DNA of 32,000 nucleotides from Candidatus Thorarchaeota archaeon (GTDB lineage: Archaea; Asgardarchaeota; Heimdallarchaeia; Hodarchaeales; Hodarchaeaceae), in contig JBHLRO010000001.1 in the NCBI GenBank assembly GCA_048882505.1, positions 480,001 through 512,000 on the forward strand, read 5' to 3'. Each line of letters begins with the position of its first letter. Position 1 is the stretch's first letter. Both the position numbers and the translations under genes were made by a program. Under the pieces are notes generated by a model that made no database searches, was not told where the DNA came from, and was given only the letters and a program-made list of their open reading frames with translations. This document shows positions 16,913 through 25,688 of the stretch, piece by piece.

Positions 16913-19714
16913 ATGACTTATCGAGGAAGGAATTTGTTTAACAAAATCCGTATTCTTCTTTTTCTTCTAATAGGACGGAAAAGAAAGTTATTTTTTACAA
17001 TTTTCTCTTGTACAGTATTTATTGTCAATTTTCAGGCCTTATTATTCTTTAATTTTACTAGTATCAATCCTTTCCAAACCTTTGTGAATGATCTCAGCGA
17101 TGACACGATAACTCTCTATCTGGGTTCTGATGAATTTGACAATACTACTTCTTTTACTGATATTATGAATGCTTACACATATTTTACAAAGAATCTACCT
17201 CAATCTATTCAAAACTATGATGTAAAAAAGACCATATATGCACCTTTTAATGTATTTAATCATCCTAATTTTACTGTGATTGACAAGAACTCTTCTAATT
17301 ATGGTGAGTTCGATAATAGTATTTTTACTTTGGAGAATAGTTTTAGAGATCTTCTTCATCAAATAAACAGTTCTGAAAACGGAAGAATCATAACAGGAAC
17401 AAATAAAATCGAAGGCATAATCTTTTCAGCAGAGCTGGAAAGCTCATCAGTTTATAAAACAGCCGAAATCCAGATTATTGACTACAAAGAAAACAATAGT
17501 AGAATTCTCACAACATTTACTTTCTTAGTGCTAAATCGTCTGCTTTTTGATAGTGCTAATTCAATTTCAAGTAATTTTCCTGAACTTGCTTATAATCCTA
17601 AAATTATCATACCCTTTAATCAATCGTACAAATTGGGTTGGTTTCGTGGTTATTTTTCAACTTTTATCACTTTGGAGCTACAAAAAAACGCCTTAACGAA
17701 TATCGTATTAAATCCTATCCTTAAGGTAAAGTATTTGAATTTTTTAACTGATTTTCATAAGTATTTAGCGAGTTATCAGTGGGAAGGTATCCATAACTTT
17801 CATATTGATAATCAGATTGTTACAATGAGTAAATTAGTGGACGATATATTAGTTATTTTCCTAATATTGCTAGCTTTGACATTGATACCCATAATTATTT
17901 CTATTCTGTTTTTGATTATATATTCTGAAAATATCCGAAATCATACCTTCAAAAAAGATTATTTGAAAAAACTATTGTTTCGAGGATATTCCAGAAACTT
18001 TATTCTCTTTTATTATTCATTTGAATCAATTGTTATCGTATCTTCTTCAATTTTTCTAAGTTTTATCCTCTCATTTGCAGTTTTTGAGACCATTATAATC
18101 CAACTCCCTGACATAATTGAACCAGACGCGATATTGGGATTCATTACTGTAGTAATGAATCCTGTAAATAATGTTGTTTTCCTTTTTTTCCTATTTTTTA
18201 CTCTTATCTTATTGAATGGAAGGGGTTTATTTCTAAATATACATGATCAAGCTTTAAAAACTGAAGAATATACAGATCCACAGATAACTGAATACCAACT
18301 AAATAAAATCCCTATCCTTGTATTTAGTATACTATTGATCTTATTTATTAGCTTGACGGTTATTTTTTCTTCAGGGAAGGAGATACCTCTATTTATTGGA
18401 CTCCTAATCTTCTTATTTGGGATTTGGTTATGGGTAGTTTGTGGACTGTTTTTTCTGAAAAAAATTTATCGATTTTTTTCCGAAAGATATGAATTAGTTA
18501 TTGCTTTGAATCTGTTTCATAAGAATTATTTCTCCCAAAGAAAGTTAACGGAAGCTTTATTCTGGATATTATTGATCTCTTTTACAGTTCCTTCGTTAAT
18601 GGATACCTTTGATTATAATCTTCAGAGAGATGCCTATTATAAAACAGGAGCTGATATTCAACTACAAATTGACCCTTTCATTAACCATGAAGAACTCTTT
18701 TTAAAACTAAATGAGGTTCCCGAGATAACGAACTTTGATCTTGTTTATCAAACGAGCCTTACATTTGGTACTGAATTTACCTCAGTTCCTAATATGTATG
18801 AGATAATAGGACTTGATCCAAGAACTTTCTTTTCAAGAAAAAGTTTTGAACCAAATTTTCTCGAAGGAATTTTGGTTGATGAGGCAATAGAAGAACTGTC
18901 ACGTCAGGGAACGGTTCTTATTCCCAATAAGGATATAATGAGACTAAATTCTGATATAGAAGAGAATTTCTCGATTTTTGGTTATATAGACTATCCTACT
19001 AAAAGTACCAAAGAATATGATCTAAAAATTATAGGGGGTGTGAAACATTGGCCTTCAAAAACCCTTAAACAGCTTACTGATTATCAAATTCAACTTTTCA
19101 CATCAATGCAAACTTTATTTGCCCTTATCGATGATTGGAACGTATCTGTGACACAAATGGTATTAATTGATCTTGTCAATTCAAGTCTCTCTCAAGAATC
19201 ATACAATTATCTCCTCAATAATCTCTCCAGTAGTGTCTTACTAAATGTGAACGTACAATTAGAGAATAAAACCTCTTCATATACATATTCGAATCTACAA
19301 GGTCAAATATTCGAAATTTTTTCAATTATTGTTTCTAATGCTACGATATTAGTTATAGTACCGATTTCATCCATTTTTTTGTTCTATTTGTCCTATAGAA
19401 TGGAGAACAATGTTGGTATACTGGAATCTATTGGATTTAAGAAGAAAAATATTGGTTTAGCTTTTACAGGATACTTTTTTATGCTGTTTGTTATTGGTCT
19501 AACAGGTGTTGGAATACTAGGAATATTTTTACTGGAAGTAATTTCCATTTCAATCACGACTCCGTCCGGCCTCGAGCTAATTCCAAAAATACGAATTGGG
19601 TTTTTGGTTATTATATTTTTCATTGAAGGTTTGGTTCTTTTTTTAATTGCCTTAATTTTCAATAAGCACTACCTAAGAGAGCAACCAGCCAACTTAATAA
19701 TGAGGAGGGATTAG
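16913..19714 (+). CDS. ABC transporter permease, FtsX/MacB family (duplicated architecture)
   Basis: Two large extracytoplasmic loops, each followed by TM bundles with the FtsX-type motifs KKLLFRGYSR and VGILESIGFKK; YYKTGADIQL. The gene is tightly coupled to an ABC ATPase. Confidence 0.82.
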   Translation: MTYRGRNLFNKIRILLFLLIGRKRKLFFTIFSCTVFIVNFQALLFFNFTSINPFQTFVNDLSDDTITLYLGSDEFDNTTSFTDIMNAYTYFTKNLPQSIQNYDVKKTIYAPFNVFNHPNFTVIDKNSSNYGEFDNSIFTLENSFRDLLHQINSSENGRIITGTNKIEGIIFSAELESSSVYKTAEIQIIDYKENNSRILTTFTFLVLNRLLFDSANSISSNFPELAYNPKIIIPFNQSYKLGWFRGYFSTFITLELQKNALTNIVLNPILKVKYLNFLTDFHKYLASYQWEGIHNFHIDNQIVTMSKLVDDILVIFLILLALTLIPIIISILFLIIYSENIRNHTFKKDYLKKLLFRGYSRNFILFYYSFESIVIVSSSIFLSFILSFAVFETIIIQLPDIIEPDAILGFITVVMNPVNNVVFLFFLFFTLILLNGRGLFLNIHDQALKTEEYTDPQITEYQLNKIPILVFSILLILFISLTVIFSSGKEIPLFIGLLIFLFGIWLWVVCGLFFLKKIYRFFSERYELVIALNLFHKNYFSQRKLTEALFWILLISFTVPSLMDTFDYNLQRDAYYKTGADIQLQIDPFINHEELFLKLNEVPEITNFDLVYQTSLTFGTEFTSVPNMYEIIGLDPRTFFSRKSFEPNFLEGILVDEAIEELSRQGTVLIPNKDIMRLNSDIEENFSIFGYIDYPTKSTKEYDLKIIGGVKHWPSKTLKQLTDYQIQLFTSMQTLFALIDDWNVSVTQMVLIDLVNSSLSQESYNYLLNNLSSSVLLNVNVQLENKTSSYTYSNLQGQIFEIFSIIVSNATILVIVPISSIFLFYLSYRMENNVGILESIGFKKKNIGLAFTGYFFMLFVIGLTGVGILGIFLLEVISISITTPSGLELIPKIRIGFLVIIFFIEGLVLFLIALIFNKHYLREQPANLIMRRD

Positions 19715-19719
19715 ATTCA

Positions 19720-20430
19720 ATGGCTAAAGTCATTGCAGAGTTGGAATGTAGTGAATTAGTCAAGATTTTCACCACCGAAAATTCTAATGTTTCAAGAGCT
19801 GTATTAAAAGGGATTGATCTTAAATGTAAAACTGGAGAATTAATATGCATCATTGGGCCAAGCGGTTCTGGAAAAACTACCTTACTTCAAATAATTTCAG
19901 GGTTTTTAAAACCCGATGCTGGATTTGTAAAACACGACACACAAATTATCAACAACTTTAGTCGAAAGAAACTTGAGGAATATTGGAGAGAAACTATTAC
20001 CTTTATTTATCAAGATCCTTATGATAACGTCTTTCCACATCTCCCTATCAAAAGAAATATCCTTATAGCATGTAATCTGAGCAAAAATAGGAGGTTTTTG
20101 AACGATGAATTTATTTCAAGGGTATTACTGGAGGTGGATTTGAAAAAGCATCTATCCACACCTAGTAATCGCTTATCTGGTGGAGAAATACAGAAATTGG
20201 CTTTTGCGATTGCAATTATTCGAAATTCTCAGCTGATCTTACTTGACGAACCTACAGGAGAAATTGATGCTGAAGCAAGCCAGAACATCTTTCAAATACT
20301 CACCTCTTTATGTCACAGAAAAAAAATGATTGGCATTTTAGTGACTCATGATAAACTTGCTTTGAAATATGCAACAAGAGCCTTTTCTCTAACAGAAGGA
20401 AGGCTGAATGAAATAAAATTGAATAAATAA
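19720..20430 (+). CDS. ABC transporter ATP-binding protein (LolD/MacB-like)
   Basis: Walker A GPSGSGKTT, Q-loop FIYQ, signature LSGGE, Walker B LILLDEP, H-loop VTHD; starts 5 nt after the permease stop. Confidence 0.95.
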   Translation: MAKVIAELECSELVKIFTTENSNVSRAVLKGIDLKCKTGELICIIGPSGSGKTTLLQIISGFLKPDAGFVKHDTQIINNFSRKKLEEYWRETITFIYQDPYDNVFPHLPIKRNILIACNLSKNRRFLNDEFISRVLLEVDLKKHLSTPSNRLSGGEIQKLAFAIAIIRNSQLILLDEPTGEIDAEASQNIFQILTSLCHRKKMIGILVTHDKLALKYATRAFSLTEGRLNEIKLNK

Positions 20431-20522
20431 ATTGGTGAATCTAATGAAGTCGACTCTCTTTTCCAAAATTGCCATTTTTTTTCTATTCACATCGGGGATT
20501 CCTTTTTATTTTTGCCTGGGCA

Positions 20523-20600
20523 TCATTTTTTACTGATTTTTCTTCCTGACGTATTTTTTAACAGTACACACGAACGACAGTAATTTTGACACCTGGTCAT
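20523..20600 (-). CDS. Possible 25-aa Cys-rich micro-ORF (MTRCQNYCRSCVLLKNTSGRKISKK)
   Basis: Not in the ORF track. ATG at 20600 is preceded by AAAGGAGGA with 5-nt spacing; TGA at 20525-20523; CxxxCxxC pattern. Confidence 0.3.
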   Translation of the reverse strand: MTRCQNYCRSCVLLKNTSGRKISKK

Positions 20601-20866
20601 CCTGATCCTCCTTTAGGTTTCTTACCAATTGATTTCGTGATGAAATGAATAAAATCATTTTGTGAGAAGATGCTATTTCCTATAAGAAAATATTCAAGCA
20701 GTCACCTACCAAAAACGACTCAACAAGCGACTAATTAACGGCAAAAACAGTGAATGTTTCATTAAGAACTAAAAAATGATTCCTTTGCTATGATTTCCTG
20801 AAAGTCTTTGATTTTTTTCTCTAATCTCTTTTATTCATCAGAAAACGTACATCTGATCTAGAATTC

Positions 20867-21616
20867 CTATTTTTCCTCAGATACCACAGATCTGATCTTC
20901 TTTAATTCGGACAACATCTGTTTTCGAAGAATCGCAATACCGGTCGCTCTGTCTTCCTCTCCGGCAGATCGCTTGGAGCTTCTAAGAGGACTAACTGGGG
21001 ACGGAGGGGTTGGTTTGGTCACGCCAGGAAAAGAAATTTTCGGCACTGAAGGACTTAAATGTTGTTTTTCTGGCATGGGAGGTTTTGAAAGGCTCGATGC
21101 CGTTGACGAAGGAGTAGGCGATGAAGTGGTTGGCTTGGAGATAGAGGCAGTTTCTGGAAACGAAAAACTAATTTCGGGCTTAGAAGTAACAGGGGTGGCA
21201 GGAGGGGAGGGGGAGATTTTGGCTTCAGGAGCTGCGATTTTTGGAATAGAAGCACTGGGAATCGGCTCTGGAACTGGAGCAGGCTGTATTGGTTCAGATG
21301 GTGGTACCTCCCGTTCATGAGGTGACAGTTCTGTTCTCCCTCCAAAAAGCCTAGTCACTGAATCGAACTTCGGAATATCTAGGTCTCGAATCTGCTCAAA
21401 TTGAAACTCTCGCGAAACTCGTTCAAGTGTCGTAGAAGTAATATGACCTTCAAGAAGGCTTTCCTTTAACATATGTTCAAAACGGAGAGCGTTAACTTGA
21501 AATGCGTGTGCCACATGAGCATACTCTTCAAGAGGGAGGCCTCGAAGTTTGAGAGAGGTGTCGAATCGAAAATCTCGTTGCGTCTTGTCTGTCTTTTTCT
21601 TAAACAGCCTTACCAA
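20867..21616 (-). CDS. Protein with a helical N-terminal domain, a long Pro/Ser/Thr-rich disordered linker and a C-terminal amphipathic helix ending LKKI
   Basis: TTG start with gagga upstream. Residues ~100-215 are P/S/T-rich; the C-terminus is RATGIAILRKQMLSELKKIRSVVSEEK. Confidence 0.8.
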   Translation of the reverse strand: MVRLFKKKTDKTQRDFRFDTSLKLRGLPLEEYAHVAHAFQVNALRFEHMLKESLLEGHITSTTLERVSREFQFEQIRDLDIPKFDSVTRLFGGRTELSPHEREVPPSEPIQPAPVPEPIPSASIPKIAAPEAKISPSPPATPVTSKPEISFSFPETASISKPTTSSPTPSSTASSLSKPPMPEKQHLSPSVPKISFPGVTKPTPPSPVSPLRSSKRSAGEEDRATGIAILRKQMLSELKKIRSVVSEEK

Positions 21617-22208
21617 GGTTGGTCAATCCTCGAGCCTATAATGTACCGACGAAAGGGTATAGTTCAATTTTTCGGCTTTAAATCTTAGGATGGATATTCC
21701 ATCCAATTATCATCAAGAGAGTTTAATAGTTATATACTTTTATTATTATACATTCGAATTGTGTTGCCACTCCTCTTCGTGTATTAAGATTGACTAGGTT
21801 CTTTATTCTTCTACCTAAGATTAAATCGCGTTTATCTAATGATTGATCCTGCTTGTGTACTTTTCCCCCTATCTTCCATACATACAGACAATGAATTAGG
21901 ACATACTTGAACGTCAATGCCCCCTCCTAGGCCTAATCCTCGAAAAAATCAAAATTCCATCTGTGGCCATTTGTCATCTAGTAAGACCGAACTTAGTTTT
22001 CAAAGGTCTTATACATACTCCACTTACGATAAACTTGTGAAGGGAGGCTTAATGAACGCTCTAGAGTTCTATGTTGTTCTCTACTTCACATTTTGAAAAC
22101 GGAAGTTAAAGACCCAAATACTGAACACCAAAAGTTAAAAAGAGAAACTAGGACCAACCATTTTACGGGATAGCACCTGGAATTATCGTAAATACTGAGG
22201 TATTACAT

Positions 22209-23273
22209 GTGTCAACAGTTAGAATAGTATTGGTCGGGGTTGGCAACGCCGCTTCATCGCTTACCCAGTCTTTGGTTTATTATAAAGATCGCCCTAGTGG
22301 GACAAAATATGAAACGATTGGAGATCTTCGGATAGGTGATATCGAAATCGTGTCCGCTTTTGATGTCGTTAAAGGAAAAGTCGGGAAAGATCTAGGGGAA
22401 GCGATCTTTGCAGAACCAAATGTTGCCCCGAAATTTATTAATTTCCAACGGCCGACTGGGGTTGAGGTAAAGAAGGGACCTACGCTTGATGGAATATCAC
22501 CATTACTCGCCGAAAGCATTGAATTAAGCCCTGTACCAGAAATGGATATTGTTAAAGAATTAAAATCCGCTGAGGCCGATATGATGGTTTCTCTATTACC
22601 CACGGGTGCACAACAGGCTACATACGCTTATGCGGAAGCTGCCTTAACTGCAGGCCTTGCTTTCATTGAAGCTGCTCCGACACGGATATGTTCCGATGAT
22701 AAATGGGTTAGGAGATTTAAGCAGGCTAATTTACCCGTTGTAGGAGACGATCTTCAGTCTCAGATTGGAGGAACCCGTATTCATAAAGGTATCCTCGAAA
22801 TGCTAGACTCATTTGGGGCCAAGATAAAGAACACTTACCAGCTTGATGTTTCAGGAGGGAGTGAAGGAATGAATACCTTGTATACTGAAAGACGTGACGA
22901 AAAACGGAAAATCAAAACGCAATCTATTAAGCGAACCCTTCCTTATCTTTCAGACGATGATATTGCATCAGGTACGACGGATTATTTAGATTTCCTGGAA
23001 AATGAACGGACAGGATATTTTTGGATATACGGGGGTTATTACTTGGACACCCCATTCAAGATTGACGTCACAGTAAAAACATTAGACGGCCCTAATGGCG
23101 CAGGCACTCTCGTGGATGTCATTCGGGCAACCAAACTCGCATTGAGGCAAGGCATTGATGGTCCACTCATCTCAGTGTCGGCCTACGGATTCAAATACCC
23201 TCCTATTCATATTGGAGAGCACGCTGCGGTGGCTCGATTTGAAGAGTTCATTGCAGGTGAGAGGCAGGATTGA
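22209..23273 (+). CDS. ino1: myo-inositol-1-phosphate synthase family protein (archaeal/actinobacterial type), divergent
   Basis: RBS gaggt. RIVLVGVGNAASS, VSAFDV..GKVGKDLGEAIFAEPN, GPTLDG, PVVGDD.QSQIG, TYQL, D.PN.AG..VDVIRATKLA, FKYPP. Confidence 0.85.
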   Translation: MSTVRIVLVGVGNAASSLTQSLVYYKDRPSGTKYETIGDLRIGDIEIVSAFDVVKGKVGKDLGEAIFAEPNVAPKFINFQRPTGVEVKKGPTLDGISPLLAESIELSPVPEMDIVKELKSAEADMMVSLLPTGAQQATYAYAEAALTAGLAFIEAAPTRICSDDKWVRRFKQANLPVVGDDLQSQIGGTRIHKGILEMLDSFGAKIKNTYQLDVSGGSEGMNTLYTERRDEKRKIKTQSIKRTLPYLSDDDIASGTTDYLDFLENERTGYFWIYGGYYLDTPFKIDVTVKTLDGPNGAGTLVDVIRATKLALRQGIDGPLISVSAYGFKYPPIHIGEHAAVARFEEFIAGERQD

Positions 23274-23316
23274 TATTAATCCACGTCAAATCAATAAAGC
23301 AAAGTTTGGGTTTGAG

Positions 23317-23601
23317 GTGCTGAAGTCAGTAAAAATTTTCGTATCAGGCAGAGTCCAAGGTGTTTTCTTTAGATCTTATACCAAGGAATTTTCAGAAAGA
23401 CTTGATGATGTTACAGGTTATGTGAAGAATCTACAGGATGGAAGAGTAGAGATCTATGCAGAAGGATCCGAAGCTTCTCTTCGTGCCCTTGCAAAATGGG
23501 CTAAAATCGAAGGTTCCCCTGCATCTAAGATACAGGGAACGGAGGAAATCTGGGGAGATCTACCAACGCGAAATTTTGGCGACTTTCGAATCAGGTTTTA
23601 A
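23317..23601 (+). CDS. acyP: Acylphosphatase
   Basis: FVSGRVQGVFFRSY, VTGYVKNLQDGRVEIYAEG, GSPASKI. The real start is near 23317-23320 (gaggtg); the track's upstream extension overlaps ino1. Confidence 0.95.
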   Translation: MLKSVKIFVSGRVQGVFFRSYTKEFSERLDDVTGYVKNLQDGRVEIYAEGSEASLRALAKWAKIEGSPASKIQGTEEIWGDLPTRNFGDFRIRF

Positions 23602-23609
23602 GGGAATCA

Positions 23610-23630
23610 TTTTTCTTTCTTTTTTTTCTT
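23610..23630 (+). terminator. Oligo-T terminator after the ino1-acyP unit
   Basis: tttttctttcttttttttctt begins 8 nt after the acyP stop. Confidence 0.65.
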
Positions 23631-23805
23631 AAATTCCGACCATTCTTTTTCGGTCAGAAAAGACACAGGCTTTTATCTTGAGGCCACTTCGATAATTGAT
23701 CCCCTCTGGTCAATAACCTTGGAACTTCTGGTTCCAATATACAGATAAGGAACTGGCTTATAATCGCAATAAGTTAAAAACTTCGGTTTTTCAAACAAAA
23801 TTTAG

Positions 23806-24744
23806 ATGGAATCTGGAATGGAAAGATCAGTGGAATACGAGGCACGAATCGTTTGTGATGCCGATTGCCGAGTATGTGTAGCAAAGAGAGAGAAGGATGT
23901 AAGTACCGAAGGAGGAGATATACTCCATTTTTGTCGTTCGTGTCAAGAAAAATATCTCTGTCCCGTAATCCTACCAACCACCTCGCGAGGGAAGGAATAT
24001 CAGTGTCCAAAATGCTCTGAGAAATTGACGGAAATGACCCTAGAGCGCGCTCAACAAATAGGCCTGGCCTTTGGAGTCCAGCTCACCCGTATCAAACCTG
24101 AACGACGCCCAGTCGAAGAAATTAAACGAACATGGTTTTATTCGCCATCAGACCAAGGAGTCCTTTCTGAAAACTATGTCAAAGACCTATTGAATTACAA
24201 GGGTTTGGGGGTTTCCCAACTTACGGATTTGATGTACCACGCAGATTTTTCGTACCGTCCAGAGGCTAACCTTGAAAAACGACGTATGTTATGGGACATA
24301 TTTGCTAAAAAACCACAGATTATTAGATCCCTTCATAACAGCTTGATTACTCGCTCTGAACATCGTCGTGTCGACCTAGTTATTCGGACGCTAATGCAGC
24401 ACGAGACGTTAGGATGTACCTATATTAGTTCTATTATCCCCAAGCATCTTGCAGGAACTATTGATCTCATTGGGATAGATCGGAAAACTGGGGGACTTGT
24501 CTGGATTGTTGTTCACGAAGATCGAATTGATGAGCAATTGATCAATACCCTCTTCAACGAAATCTTGAGCCTTCCTCCTCTCGAATTTATGGGTATTGAA
24601 CGTTTAATCTTACTCACCAGAAAATGGATATGGATGGGAGCCGAAATTGCCAGACGGCAAGGTAAGGTCTTAACTAGATGGAAACAACTGACGATGGAAC
24701 TTTGGGAGGAAAATCCGAATTTTACATTGCAAAAGCTTGCGTAG
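23806..24744 (+). CDS. Cys-rich Zn-finger (RING-like) protein with a C-terminal degenerate PD-(D/E)xK-like domain
   Basis: Eight Cys plus one His in the first 70 aa (CDADCRVC, HFCRSC..KYLC, CPKC). The C-terminal GTIDLIGIDRKTGGLVWIVVHE...IERLILLT resembles a restriction-endonuclease fold. TATA-like ttaaaaa at 23774. Confidence 0.7.
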   Translation: MESGMERSVEYEARIVCDADCRVCVAKREKDVSTEGGDILHFCRSCQEKYLCPVILPTTSRGKEYQCPKCSEKLTEMTLERAQQIGLAFGVQLTRIKPERRPVEEIKRTWFYSPSDQGVLSENYVKDLLNYKGLGVSQLTDLMYHADFSYRPEANLEKRRMLWDIFAKKPQIIRSLHNSLITRSEHRRVDLVIRTLMQHETLGCTYISSIIPKHLAGTIDLIGIDRKTGGLVWIVVHEDRIDEQLINTLFNEILSLPPLEFMGIERLILLTRKWIWMGAEIARRQGKVLTRWKQLTMELWEENPNFTLQKLA

Positions 24745-24906
24745 AGGGAGTCATCAGGTACCAATAGAATATTCAAAAATGCATTCCCAACGAAAAAGGG
24801 ATCACTGCAGAAAAATTAAAATTTTAAGTATAGTTGCCCATAGGACGGAAAAATCACAGACTCAAATAGCAAATGCACTAAATTTACTAATGGAGTAAAT
24901 ATTTAA

Positions 24907-24930
24907 AGAAAAGGGTAGAACAGAAAAAAA
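24907..24930 (-). terminator. Oligo-T terminator of the Rab-like GTPase gene
   Basis: The minus strand reads tttttttctgttctacccttttct about 30 nt after the stop. Confidence 0.55.
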
Positions 24931-24959
24931 CTAGGGAGGTGATTCTCGAAATCTTTTGG

Positions 24960-25526
24960 CTAGGTCTGCTGCTGTTGTCGCTCCACATAATCCAGATATA
25001 CATTCCCAAGCATATCAAAGGCTGCAGACACATTTAAACCTGTTTTAGCAGAAGTGGGCATAAATTTCACTGGAAAACCCGATTCCATAGTCTTTTTTGA
25101 AAGATTTACTGAAAATTCCTCTGCCTGACCATCGGTAACGTGGTTGGGAAATTGTTCCCGCAAGTCCACTTTGTTCCCCAGAAGTACGATCGGAATCATA
25201 CCCTTTCCGTTATGTTGGAAAATTTCATCAAGCCAAGCTTCTAAATTTGTGAATGTATCAGGCCGAGTAACATCGAACACCAGAAGGGCACCCAGGCATC
25301 CATAATAATAGACGCTCCGGACTGTCCCAAATCGGGGTTGACCAGCCAAGTCCCATATCTGAAATTTGATGGATTTATCCCTGATTGTAGCTTCTTTGAG
25401 TGCAAAATCGGCTCCTATGGTCATCATATAATTGCTGGAGAATCCTTTCCCAAGGTAGCGCTCTCGGAGGGCGGTTTTGCCGACTGCGCCATCACCTGCG
25501 AGTACTATCTTCATTAAGAATGACAT
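24960..25526 (-). CDS. Rab-like small GTPase (Asgard type, no prenylation motif)
   Basis: G1 GDGAVGKT, G2 T in MTIGADF, G3 WDLAGQ, G4 NKVD, G5 SAK. RabF-like motifs IGADF, KFQIW, RFGTV, YYYGC, LVFDVT. The protein ends ERQQQQT. Confidence 0.95.
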   Translation of the reverse strand: MSFLMKIVLAGDGAVGKTALRERYLGKGFSSNYMMTIGADFALKEATIRDKSIKFQIWDLAGQPRFGTVRSVYYYGCLGALLVFDVTRPDTFTNLEAWLDEIFQHNGKGMIPIVLLGNKVDLREQFPNHVTDGQAEEFSVNLSKKTMESGFPVKFMPTSAKTGLNVSAAFDMLGNVYLDYVERQQQQT

Positions 25527-25688
25527 GGTTATACCTCATTAGAGTATCGCGTGAAATGTATTAATTGGATGGTTCAGAGGGATAGTTCCCCATTCTAATT
25601 GACTGCTGGGGAGTATTGTATTGATTAATCATATTCTTTAATGTCGATATTTAAAGCTGATTATTTGTTTGAAATAAATATTCCACAG

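Noticed and set aside
20973-21345. ORFs 20973-21320 (+, Gly-rich) and 21055-21345 (-)
   Set aside because: They are the antisense and frame-shifted shadows of the Pro-rich coding region (CCN codons read as GGN on the other strand).
21688-21917. 7-bp inverted repeat GGATGGA-tat-TCCATCC (21688-21704) and the 64-aa minus ORF 21723-21917 with an AGGAGG upstream
   Set aside because: A single short dyad is expected by chance in 32 kb. The ORF has a TTG start and no recognisable features; it is possible but unsupported.
23155-23316. N-terminal extension of acylphosphatase in the ORF track
   Set aside because: It overlaps the end of ino1. Homology and the RBS indicate a start near 23317.
24934-24942. 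Perfect GGAGGTGA Shine-Dalgarno-like sequence on the + strand
   Set aside because: There is no start codon at a usable spacing, and the downstream frame is short and antisense to the GTPase.
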